A DNA stretch of 64,000 nucleotides, taken from positions 187,187-251,186 of the forward strand of contig CP011215.1 of assembly GCA_001029775.1 (NCBI GenBank). Direction: 5' to 3'. The stretch comes from Candidatus Campbellbacteria bacterium GW2011_OD1_34_28 (GTDB lineage Bacteria; Patescibacteriota; Minisyncoccia; Phycocordibacterales; UBA12079). Under the pieces are notes generated by a model. The model saw only the letters and a program-made list of their open reading frames with translations. It did not search any database and was not told the DNA's origin. The first letter of the stretch is position 1. Every line of letters begins with the position of its first letter. This document shows, piece by piece, positions 9,623 through 17,882 of the stretch. Position numbers and translations under genes: made by a program.

Positions 9623-10042
9623 TTAAAGGACAATATTTTCTAACAATTCAACTTTTGCAGTTTTGTCCTTTATGTTCAAATACACTATTACTGCTAAAAA
9701 TTTCCATTCTTTTTCCAAGTTATATCTAAAAATATAGCTTTGTATCGTTCTGGCCAGTCTTTTAAGCTTCCACGGGTGCAAATTATCCGCTGGATTACGC
9801 TGGTTTGTTACATGTGAAACGTTTTCAAAGTGCTTGCCTGCCGATAGGTAGGTTCCACGTGTAACACTTTTTACCTCAACAAAGTAAACAATGCCCTGTT
9901 TTTCAGCAATAATATCTATTTCTCCCCAAGGTTTCCAATAATTTTGCTCGATAATCTTAAAACCTTTGTCTTTCAGGTAGTTACAGGCGATACCCTCGCC
10001 TAAATCCCCTATTTTTCTTTTTTTAGTTTTCACGTGTAACAA
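9623..10042 (-). CDS. yraN: YraN family (UPF0102) putative endonuclease
   Basis: GDLGEGIACNYLKDKGF, GEIDIIA, FVEVK motifs; start uncertain (GTG at 10033 is plausible). Confidence 0.85.
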   Translation of the reverse strand: MLHVKTKKRKIGDLGEGIACNYLKDKGFKIIEQNYWKPWGEIDIIAEKQGIVYFVEVKSVTRGTYLSAGKHFENVSHVTNQRNPADNLHPWKLKRLARTIQSYIFRYNLEKEWKFLAVIVYLNIKDKTAKVELLENIVL

Positions 10043-10126
10043 TTATATCAAAAACAAATAAGTAGATATAAACATTTCACGTGAAACACCTTACTTTATC
10101 TTAAATCACAAAAAACACCGTATTTT

Positions 10127-10277
10127 CTGGATTCCTGCCTGCCGGCAGGCAGGGCTTCGCTATCGCTCGCAAAGACAACGAAAAAGCTTTGCTTTTTCTC
10201 AAATTCTTTTTTCTTTCAGAAAAAAGCGTCGTCGACAACTTCGCTGTCGTCTTCGCGAACAAAGTGAAGCGATCCAC
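10127..10277. repeat. REP/RPE-like paired palindrome (GGATTGCTTCG...CTCGCAAAGAC / GTCTTCGCGA...GAAGCGATCC)
   Basis: Same arms occur at 24302-24400, 26747-26895 and 28725-28816; this copy is interrupted by the 20-bp palindrome at 10134-10153. Confidence 0.75.
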
Positions 10278-10500
10278 GAAACAATTGTGAGTTTCGTAAC
10301 TTAGAGTATAAAAACATTACAGACTGCAGAGGTTTAACTTCTGCAGTTTTATGTGTTTGTTACTTAGTAACACTACAATATGTTACACGTGGAACATATT
10401 TATACCAACGGTAACAACTTATAATTGACTTTACCCACCATTTTCATTATTCTAATTAAAGAAAAATAAAGATTTTCAATAATACTTATAGGAGAAAAAA

Positions 10501-10953
10501 TTGAAAACTATTCTTATAAAAGGTTCTGGCGACGTTACAGAGAGACAGGAATTTCTCGACTTTATCACCGAAAAATCAAAAAAAGATTATGTTGTTGTAA
10601 TATGTGGAGGAGGATCAAAGATAAATAAAGCGTTAAAAGAAGGAGGATATTCAGTACAATTTGATGATTCTGGACGAAGAATAACAAAAACCCAGGAAGA
10701 AAAGACAATTGCTCGTAATATACTTGAAAAAGAACGCAATATTCTTCAAGATAAATTTTATACCAAAAATGTTTTTGTTTTATCGCCAATTCTTTACGCA
10801 GGAGCAGTTATTTGCCACATAAATGGTGACGATCTCGTAAAAGCGTATGAATTAGGTTTTGATGAAATATTTATTTTTACAAAAGAAAAAAGAATAGAAA
10901 AGAAAAAACTTATTTTTAAAAATAATCCCAAAGTCACAATAATAGGAGTTTGA
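10501..10953 (+). CDS. Small amino-acid-kinase-superfamily-like protein
   Basis: ILIKGSG, VVICGGGSKIN and INGD motifs of the NAGK/UMPK fold; AGGAG ribosome-binding site, TTG start; only 150 aa. Confidence 0.55.
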   Translation: MKTILIKGSGDVTERQEFLDFITEKSKKDYVVVICGGGSKINKALKEGGYSVQFDDSGRRITKTQEEKTIARNILEKERNILQDKFYTKNVFVLSPILYAGAVICHINGDDLVKAYELGFDEIFIFTKEKRIEKKKLIFKNNPKVTIIGV

Positions 10954-11089
10954 AAAACATTACAAATACCGCCATTAGGCGGTATTTTTTAATAATTTTG
11001 TTCCACGTGAAACTTTACTTGGTTGTTTCATAAATAACACAACACTAGGATTTCACGTGAAACCTGACAAATATGCCTAAAAACTAAAA

Positions 11090-11132
11090 CCTGCCTACCG
11101 TGTCGTTGCTTTTCTTTCAGAAAAGAGGCAGG
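11090..11132 (+). repeat. 43-bp variant of the CCTGCC...GGCAGG element
   Basis: CCTGCCTACCGTGTCGTTGCTTTTCTTTCAGAAAAGAGGCAGG; copies at 12460-12507 and, reversed, at 20313-20355. Confidence 0.85.
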
Positions 11133-11529
11133 ACTAACGACTAAAAACTGCTTATTTTGTTCCACGTGTAACACTTTTTACCATGTTTCTCGGTATAAAA
11201 TGTTACTACGTAACATTTTTCTGTGTATAAAGGACGTTTTTTAACATTTTTGTCCTTAAAACGCTTTTTGTCCGAAAAACCCTTATTTTAAGCCCTATAT
11301 TAACCAAAAATATGCCTAAAAATGACTAAAAATGACTTTTATAAGCAATTTTTTGAGCCTTATACACAAAGTTATCCACAGTTTTGATGTAATATAATCC
11401 GAATCTACAAATTTATCCGAATACTTCAAATTAACTGTTATTCGGACCATATAAATAATGTTGTTTTTTAATAAAATAAGTCTATACTGAGAATAGAAAA
11501 CATCTAAAATTCAAACAAAAGGATAAAAA

Positions 11530-12045
11530 ATGGATGAAAATGAGACTTTTGTAGAAGGCGTCTGTTGTTTTTTTAATTGTGGTTTTAAAACCATTCTCGC
11601 TAAAAAAACAAGAAAAATAGGTGTTGGACTTTGGAACGGTTACGGAGGAAAGAAAGAAGGAGATGAAACTCCCGAAGAAACCTCTATTAGAGAACTTTAC
11701 ACAGAGGCAGGTGTTTGGATAATACCAAAACATCTTAAAAAAGTTGGTGAAATATATTTCCATAACATGAAAAATGGAAGAACTATTTTTACTTTCAAGG
11801 TTCACATCTTTTTTGTTATTCAATGGGGTGGGGAAGTAACGGAGTCCGAGGAAATGGCAACCCCGACAGAATTTCTAAAGGACAATTTGCCTTACGACGA
11901 AATGATGCCTGCCGATGCAGAGTGGCTGCCTTTTATAATGAGAGGAGAAAAAATAGTTGCTCATGTTTTTCAAGACATTGAGAACAATATAAAAACAGGA
12001 GCAACAATTGTAGAAACGGTTGAATCCTTTGAGAAGGCCTGCTGA
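11530..12045 (+). CDS. NUDIX hydrolase, 8-oxo-dGTPase (MTH1/MutT)-like
   Basis: WNGYGGK..GDETPEETSIRELYTEAG Nudix box, ESEEM and PYDEM motifs. Confidence 0.85.
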   Translation: MDENETFVEGVCCFFNCGFKTILAKKTRKIGVGLWNGYGGKKEGDETPEETSIRELYTEAGVWIIPKHLKKVGEIYFHNMKNGRTIFTFKVHIFFVIQWGGEVTESEEMATPTEFLKDNLPYDEMMPADAEWLPFIMRGEKIVAHVFQDIENNIKTGATIVETVESFEKAC

Positions 12046-12111
12046 TGCGGGTCTTTTTTTGTTTTCAAATTTTAATTTATATGCTAGTATTTAGCTTGTA
12101 AATTTATATAT

Positions 12112-12182
12112 GCGGGTGTGGTTTAGTGGTAGAATATCTGCCTTCCAAGCAGAGGACGAGAGTTCGATTCTCTCCACCCGCA
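12112..12182 (+). tRNA. tRNA-Gly(TCC)
   Basis: Acceptor GCGGGTG/CACCCGC, anticodon arm TCTGC-CTTCCAA-GCAGA, T arm GAGAG-TTCGATT-CTCTC. Confidence 0.95.
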
Positions 12183-12405
12183 CAAAAATGTAAAACCGAA
12201 GCGAGCAGCTTCGGTTTTACTAATTTTTGTAGTGGGTGGAGGGAGTCGAACCGAGCGAAGTATGGAGGAGCAGAGCGACGAACACGAGCCTGCCTGCCGG
12301 CAGGCAGGCGAGCGGGGGTCGAGAGTTCTTAACAAAAATGATTCCGAATTTATTGAGGATGAAATTTTTGTTTAGAACTGGCGACCGATTCTCTCCACCC
12401 GCACA
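12183..12405 (+). repeat. tRNA-Gly tail element
   Basis: Hairpin 12182-12230; antisense copy 12232-12251; core stem GGTCGAGAGTTCT/AGAACTGGCGACC; sense copy CGATTCTCTCCACCCGCACA at 12386-12405. Confidence 0.88.
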
Positions 12406-12664
12406 TAATTAAAACGACCCAGTGAAACTAGGTCGTTTTAATTTTTTCTACACCCTAAACCTGCCTGCCGTGTCGTTGCTTTTTTTTCAGATCAGAAAAG
12501 AGGCAGGCGCTATACCCTAAACCCTATTTAATTATATCTTTTCCAAAATATGTGTGTTACAATATTTTCAAATATTTACTCTGTTTGGCGTCGTAATTTT
12601 TTAATCGTTCAAGGGGTTTGTGTTTGTATGGTCGTAATTTAAAAAGTTAAATAAACAAATCAAA

Positions 12665-12943
12665 ATGAACGAAAATCGTCAAATGTTTAGTGGAAATTGG
12701 TCATGTGCTGATTGTGGTAAAGCCATAACAGAACTACCTTTTGAACCAAGAGATACTAGCAATCTTTCATGTTTCGACTGTCACAAAGCGAAAGCTCCAA
12801 AGAGAAACAACAATTTTGAAAGAAAAATGTTCAATGGAAATTGGACATGTGCTGGTTGTGGAGGATCAATTACACAATTGCCTTTTGAACCAAGAGATAC
12901 TTCAAACTTGAAGTGTAGAGATTGTTTCAAGAACAACAAATAA
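12665..12943 (+). CDS. Tandem CxxC-x17-CxxC zinc-ribbon protein
   Basis: Two repeats of MF.GNW.CA.CG..IT.LPFEPRDTSNL.C.DC. Confidence 0.85.
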   Translation: MNENRQMFSGNWSCADCGKAITELPFEPRDTSNLSCFDCHKAKAPKRNNNFERKMFNGNWTCAGCGGSITQLPFEPRDTSNLKCRDCFKNNK

Positions 12944-12944
12944 C

Positions 12945-12983
12945 AAATTTAAAAATCCGCCTTTGGGCGGATTTTTAAATTTG
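12945..12983. terminator. Terminator hairpin
   Basis: CAAATTTAAAAATCCGCCT-TTG-GGCGGATTTTTAAATTTG. Confidence 0.7.
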
Positions 12984-13017
12984 CCCCGCAACACTTAATA
13001 TCATATACTTTCGTTAT

Positions 13018-13089
13018 GTTCCCATGGTGAAATGGATATCACGACGGTCTTCGGAACCGTCATTGGGGGTTCGAGTCCCTCTGGGAACA
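13018..13089 (+). tRNA. tRNA-Arg(TCG)
   Basis: Acceptor GTTCCCA/TGGGAAC, anticodon arm ACGGT-CTTCGGA-ACCGT, T loop TTCGAGT. Confidence 0.92.
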
Positions 13090-13312
13090 CAAAAATAATG
13101 GAAAAAATGCGATAGCATTTTTGCATTATATTTTTGTAGTCCCCAGAGGGATTCGAAAGACGGAGGCGGTATACAAGATAAATTTTCTGAAAGAAATTTA
13201 GGCTTGTCGCCGAGTCGGGGTCGCGAGTACTTAGCGGATTTGAGCCCGAAGGGCGAAAAATACGCTTAGTAACTTGTGACCGAATCCCTGCCTACTGGCA
13301 GGCAGGAACACA
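13090..13312 (+). repeat. tRNA-Arg tail element
   Basis: Hairpin 13089-13137; antisense copy 13139-13157; core stem GGTCGCGAGT/ACTTGTGACC; sense copy CGAATC...AACACA disrupted by the palindrome at 13287-13306. Confidence 0.82.
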
Positions 13313-13469
13313 AAACCCCGCGACGAAGTGTCGCGGGGCAGTATTTAACGAGAAATAAAAGTACTTTCTTTTAAAAAAATCCTTGGAAAAAGTTTTCTCT
13401 TTCTGAACCCAAGAGCCTCAAGATTTATCTTTTTTAAATCAAGCTTTCTTTTCTTTTTTGCTTTTCTTT

Positions 13470-13652
13470 TCAAGATAACCTCCTCTTTCCTTTCATCTTA
13501 AAAACAAGTCTCTTCCTTCTGTCCAAAATTTCCTCAGGTGTCGCCCACGGAAAAAGTTTTGATTTACCCCAAACAGGAATGGGCGGGGGAAGTGGTGGAA
13601 TTAAAAAACAAAAAATATTTTTGATGTTTCTAAAAATAAAATTAATTATCAT
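13470..13652 (-). CDS. Small basic hypothetical protein
   Basis: ORF with upstream AAGGTG, in tandem with two other small ORFs; start uncertain. Confidence 0.35.
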   Translation of the reverse strand: MIINFIFRNIKNIFCFLIPPLPPPIPVWGKSKLFPWATPEEILDRRKRLVFKMKGKRRLS

Positions 13653-13665
13653 AGCGTGTATCACC

Positions 13666-13854
13666 TTAGGTAGTGAAAATTAATCTCAAAGATTTAAAGA
13701 TTAATTTCATTTGCCAAAAACGCTCAACCCTCGGCATCGCCTCGGGAATAAATTCGCGCTCGGGAACATTCCATTCGGGGAAAGCCCAAACCTTCATTCC
13801 ACCCTTACTTTTTTTCTTTCGCTTATCTTTTTTCGGAAGTCTCTTTCCTGACAT
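13666..13854 (-). CDS. Small basic hypothetical protein
   Basis: AGAGGTG-CTT-ATG start; Lys/Arg-rich. Confidence 0.4.
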   Translation of the reverse strand: MSGKRLPKKDKRKKKSKGGMKVWAFPEWNVPEREFIPEAMPRVERFWQMKLIFKSLRLIFTT

Positions 13855-13865
13855 AAGCACCTCTC

Positions 13866-14042
13866 TTAATCAAGGATTATTGTTTTTGAATTGTGCCACG
13901 ATCTCATTTTTGCTATATCAAGTTTTTTTATTGCGCGTTTTAATTTTTTATCATGATATCGCATAATCCGACGAACATGTTCTTTTGTTAAAGAAATTGG
14001 AACAAAAGACTTATTTTTTCTCATTTTTTTCAAAGCAACCAC
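13866..14042 (-). CDS. Small basic hypothetical protein
   Basis: AAGGGGGG upstream of a GTG start (alternative ATG at 14024). Confidence 0.35.
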   Translation of the reverse strand: MVALKKMRKNKSFVPISLTKEHVRRIMRYHDKKLKRAIKKLDIAKMRSWHNSKTIILD

Positions 14043-14134
14043 AAAACCCCCCTTTTGAAGAATTGTTTTTATTTTCCAATTTAACACTATCACAACCAAT
14101 GCAATAAAACAAAAATTTAGCTATAATCTAAGCA

Positions 14135-15601
14135 ATGAAATTCAACATTCCAAAAGAAGTTTCCCAAGTAACAGAAACTTTGAATAACGCAGGTTTTGAA
14201 GCCTATCTGGTAGGGGGTTGTGTTCGCGACCTTATTTTAGGCAAAGAACCAAAAGACTGGGATGTTACAACAAACGCCACACCCGAACAAATTCAAAAAA
14301 TCTTTGAACATACTTTTTATGAAAATACTTTTGGAACAGTCGGAGTAGTAAATGACGAAACAGAAGATCTAAAATTAAAAACAATAGAAGTAACTCCTTA
14401 TCGTCTTGAGTCAGAATATTCCGATTCTCGAAGACCAGATTCTGTAAAATTTAGCGACAAACTAGAAGACGATTTGAAAAGACGCGACTTTACAATGAAT
14501 GCAATCGCTTATGACCCAATTAAAAACGAATTGGTTGATTTGTATGACGGACAAAAAGATATAAAAAACAAAACAATAAAAGCAGTAGGGGGGCCAGAAG
14601 AAAGATTTGGGGAAGATGCTTTGAGAATTTTGAGAGCGGTTAGGTTCAAAGCCGAACTTGGTTTTGAAATAGAAAAAGAAACAGGAAAAGCTATCCAAAA
14701 AATGGCAAGCAAACTGGAAAAAATTTCACAAGAAAGAATTCGCGATGAATTTGTTAAAATCGTGATGTCTGAAAATCCTATGAAAGGTATTGAACTAGCT
14801 CACGAATTGGAAATATTAAAATACATTGTTCCAGAATTGGAGGAGGGAATAGGCAGTGATCAAAAAGGGGCACATATCTATACTATCTGGGAACACAATT
14901 TGCGCGCTGTTCAACACTCTGCTGACAAAAACTGGCCTTTGCATGTACGGTTGTCGGCTTTGTTACATGATGTAGGAAAACCAGCGACAAAAAGATTTGA
15001 TAAAATAAAAAAAGAAAATACTTTTTATGGACACGAAGTAGTGGGAGCAAGAATGACAGAAAAGATTCTAAAAAGATTAAAATTTCCAAATGAAATTGTA
15101 GAGATAGTTACAAAATTGGTAAGAAATCATTTATTCTTTTCTGATGTAGATAAAATAACTCTCTCTGCAGTGAGAAGAATAATTGCCAATGTTGGTGCGG
15201 ACAGAGTTTGGGAGCTTATGGATGTGCGTTCCTGCGACAGAATAGGCATGGGTGTAGCAAAAGAAACTTCTTATAGATTAAAAAAATATCATTCTATGAT
15301 AGAAGAGGCAATGAAAGATCCTGTTTCTGTGGGAATGTTAAAAATAAATGGTAACGACATAATAAAAAATTTGAAGGAAAAACCTGGCCCAAAAATTGGA
15401 TTTATTTTGCATGCTCTTTTGGAAGAAGTGTTGGATGATCCAAAATTAAACACAAAAGAATATTTGGAAAAGAGGGCAGATGAGTTACTAAAATTGCCCG
15501 AAGAAGAATTAAAAAAATTAGGAGAGGCGGGGAAAGAGAAAAAGGATGAAGAGCAAGAGAGAGAAGTGGGAGAAATCAGAAAAAAATTTGGCGTTAAATA
15601 A
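14135..15601 (+). CDS. cca: CCA tRNA nucleotidyltransferase with HD domain
   Basis: YLVGGCVRD, DWD, RRDFTMNA, EDALRILRA, LLHDVGK; the three tRNAs here lack encoded CCA. Confidence 0.9.
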   Translation: MKFNIPKEVSQVTETLNNAGFEAYLVGGCVRDLILGKEPKDWDVTTNATPEQIQKIFEHTFYENTFGTVGVVNDETEDLKLKTIEVTPYRLESEYSDSRRPDSVKFSDKLEDDLKRRDFTMNAIAYDPIKNELVDLYDGQKDIKNKTIKAVGGPEERFGEDALRILRAVRFKAELGFEIEKETGKAIQKMASKLEKISQERIRDEFVKIVMSENPMKGIELAHELEILKYIVPELEEGIGSDQKGAHIYTIWEHNLRAVQHSADKNWPLHVRLSALLHDVGKPATKRFDKIKKENTFYGHEVVGARMTEKILKRLKFPNEIVEIVTKLVRNHLFFSDVDKITLSAVRRIIANVGADRVWELMDVRSCDRIGMGVAKETSYRLKKYHSMIEEAMKDPVSVGMLKINGNDIIKNLKEKPGPKIGFILHALLEEVLDDPKLNTKEYLEKRADELLKLPEEELKKLGEAGKEKKDEEQEREVGEIRKKFGVK

Positions 15602-15631
15602 AATGGAGGACGTCCGACGTCCTCCATTTTA
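15599..15631. terminator. Terminator after cca
   Basis: AAAATGGAGGACGT-CCG-ACGTCCTCCATTTT. Confidence 0.75.
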
Positions 15632-15674
15632 TTTGTGAATTTACTTGCACAAATATTAAAAATAAGTAATATAA

Positions 15675-15965
15675 CAGCAGGCAAAGAGTATTGAAACAAC
15701 GATAGTTTGGAACACGTCAGTAGTCTTTGGATTATCTTGCTTGCCGAGGTAAACCAAAGGACGACTGGGGTTCGAGGCCCCTTTATCGGTCTTGTTGAGA
15801 GGTTTCGGAGAATGTAGAATAGGCGGGAGGCGATGACATTTTGGCGCCAGCAAAAATCGAGCCGTCGGTGCAATACCGCTTACCGAAACCATCAGGAGTT
15901 ATTCGCTTTCGCGTTTAACTAACAGCTATCTAAATCTCAGGAGATTGTTTGCTCTTTGCCTACTG
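15675..15965 (+). ncRNA. Unclassified structured ncRNA candidate (~290 nt)
   Basis: GC-rich block with closing stem CAGCAGGCAAAGAGT/GCTCTTTGCCTACTG and several nested stems; TTGCAC-N16-TAATAT upstream; terminator at 15965-16002. Confidence 0.7.
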
Positions 15966-16002
15966 GACCCATACCCCTTGAAAAAGGTATGGGTTCTTTT
16001 TT
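15965..16002 (+). terminator. Intrinsic terminator of the ncRNA candidate
   Basis: GGACCCATACC-loop-GGTATGGGTTC-TTTTTT. Confidence 0.75.
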
Positions 16003-16397
16003 ATTTAAATGTTTAAGTGCTTAAATTTTTAAAATTAAAAAACCACCCAATCGTGATTTGTATATAACAACGGTTAAATATTTGTAAATGGCAGAAAACA
16101 AATAAGTGACTTTATGTTAAAGAGTGATCGAAAAGGAGAGTGATCACAAAAATAAAAAATTATTACGATAAAGGTGGTTTATAAAAAATGTCTCTAGTGA
16201 GACAACAAAATTTCAAAGAACACAAAGAACAAATTGTTTTTTATAAAGGCCTCCCGTAAAAGACATTTCTAATAAAACATTAACCTAACTAATATTGTAC
16301 TATATAAAGGACAAAATAAAAGACATTCTGTGGATAACTAAAAAGTGTCTTTTACGCATAAAAGACACTTTTTAGTTATCCAAATTTAAAATTATTT

Positions 16398-17168
16398 TTA
16401 GATATTTATATCTAAAAATATTGGCGCATGATCAGAACCAAGTATTTCATCTAAAATATCCGCATTTTTTACCTGTGAAACCAAATCATCAGATACAAAA
16501 AAATAATCAATTCTCCAACCAACATTTCTATCTCTCGCTCTAGTCTTCATATCCCAATAAGAATAAGTATTTATCTTGTTTGGATTCAGATGACGAAAAA
16601 TATCAACATATTTGTTTTCAATCACTTTATCAATCCATGCTCTTTCCTCGAGCAAAAAGCCTGTATTTTTTTCATTTTCTTTTGGTCGTGCCAAATCTAT
16701 TTCTTTGTGAGCGGTATTTACATCTCCACAGAAAATAACACTGTAACCATCTTTTCTCAATTTATTTATATGATTCAAAAAGGTTTCATAGAACTCCATT
16801 TTATATTTCAATCTGTGCGGACCCATCCCTCCGTTTGGAAAATAACAGTTAATCAAAACAATTTTGCCAAAATACATAGCCAAAAAGCGTCCTTCTTGAT
16901 CAAATTCCTCTACTCCCATTCCATATTCCACATTGTCAGGTTTTGTTTTTGTGTAAATCGCGACACCACTATAACCTTTTTTAACTTGTGAAGAAGAAAA
17001 ATATGCATAATATCCTTGCACACTCAGCAAATCTTCTGGCAATTGTTCTGGATGTGATTTTGTTTCTTGAATACAAAAAATATCAGGGGTTTCACGTTTC
17101 ACCCAATCCAAATTGCCTTTCTTATACCAAGCCCTTATTCCATTTACATTCCAAGAAATTATTTTCAT
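16398..17168 (-). CDS. xth: Exodeoxyribonuclease III (AP endonuclease)
   Basis: ISWNVNGIR, CIQETK, GYSGVA, GDVNTAH, GWRIDY, SDHAP. Confidence 0.95.
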   Translation of the reverse strand: MKIISWNVNGIRAWYKKGNLDWVKRETPDIFCIQETKSHPEQLPEDLLSVQGYYAYFSSSQVKKGYSGVAIYTKTKPDNVEYGMGVEEFDQEGRFLAMYFGKIVLINCYFPNGGMGPHRLKYKMEFYETFLNHINKLRKDGYSVIFCGDVNTAHKEIDLARPKENEKNTGFLLEERAWIDKVIENKYVDIFRHLNPNKINTYSYWDMKTRARDRNVGWRIDYFFVSDDLVSQVKNADILDEILGSDHAPIFLDINI

Positions 17169-17252
17169 ATATTTATATTAAAAGTATAAACCAGAGTTTT
17201 GATAGTAGAAAGGGCCCATCCTGTTGTGAAACAAGACGGGCCCTTTAGACGA

Positions 17253-17744
17253 TCAGTGTTGATTGAACAACCCCGAGATCGCCGCTGTTATCGCTCCGCG
17301 ATAAGTGCGAAACCTCTCTCTTTCGTTGTAATAATTATGCCGGTAGTGGTCCGGCATATAAGTGCTTTCTCCGATAGAGGTGGCAACTGTGTCGCCGGAT
17401 GCGATATTTACCACCGTGATCGTGACGACCTTGCGGTCTTCGTAATCACTGGCGGACACCAGCGCCCAGTACTCGGCTCTGTCCCGTTGCGACGGAACAA
17501 CACCCCACCGCATAAACTCGGTGGTGAGCAAGGCATGGTAAGTCGGGTCTCTCTGAAACTCGTGTTCCGCGTTTTCGTCAACGCTGAACGAAAGCCTTTT
17601 CCCGCTAAGCCACCTGTTGGCCTCGGCGGGAGCGGAGCTGTCCACTCGGACAACCCCGTAGGAACTGGATGTCTTCACTCCGCACCCGCCAAGCGAAAAC
17701 GCAACAACCAACGATACCAGAAAAAAACCAATTGTCTTTTTCAT
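17253..17744 (-). CDS. Putative lipoprotein, GC-rich and probably acquired
   Basis: Signal peptide ending LGGC, AGGAGG ribosome-binding site, visibly higher GC than its neighbours. Confidence 0.65.
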   Translation of the reverse strand: MKKTIGFFLVSLVVAFSLGGCGVKTSSSYGVVRVDSSAPAEANRWLSGKRLSFSVDENAEHEFQRDPTYHALLTTEFMRWGVVPSQRDRAEYWALVSASDYEDRKVVTITVVNIASGDTVATSIGESTYMPDHYRHNYYNERERFRTYRGAITAAISGLFNQH

Positions 17745-17882
17745 AAAGCACCTCCTAAAAAAATTTATATTAAAAAGCTATTATTTCCTGCAAAAATAAT
17801 ACAGGAATTAGAGCCTTTTGTCAACCCTACATAAAAAAATAATACCGCTCGGGAAACCGAGCGGTATAGGAATTGTTGGCGA

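Larger units (their letters stand above)
9806..11173. promoter_or_regulatory. parS: Cluster of about eight parS-like 16-bp palindromes
   Basis: Matches to TGTTNCACGTGAAACA at 9806, 9851, 10026, 10073, 10381, 10999, 11049 and 11158. Confidence 0.8.

Noticed and set aside
15289-15892. Minus-strand ORFs of 194 and 78 aa
   Set aside because: Antisense to cca and to the structured RNA candidate; no recognisable protein features
15675-15965. Identification as RNase P RNA, tmRNA or SRP RNA
   Set aside because: No GAGGAAAGUCC P4, no tRNA-Ala-like acceptor ends, no SRP domain IV motif on either strand; the ELFAFAFN-stop frame alone is insufficient for a tmRNA tag
17199-17834. 211-aa + strand ORF
   Set aside because: Antisense shadow of the GC-rich lipoprotein gene, which has the SD and signal peptide
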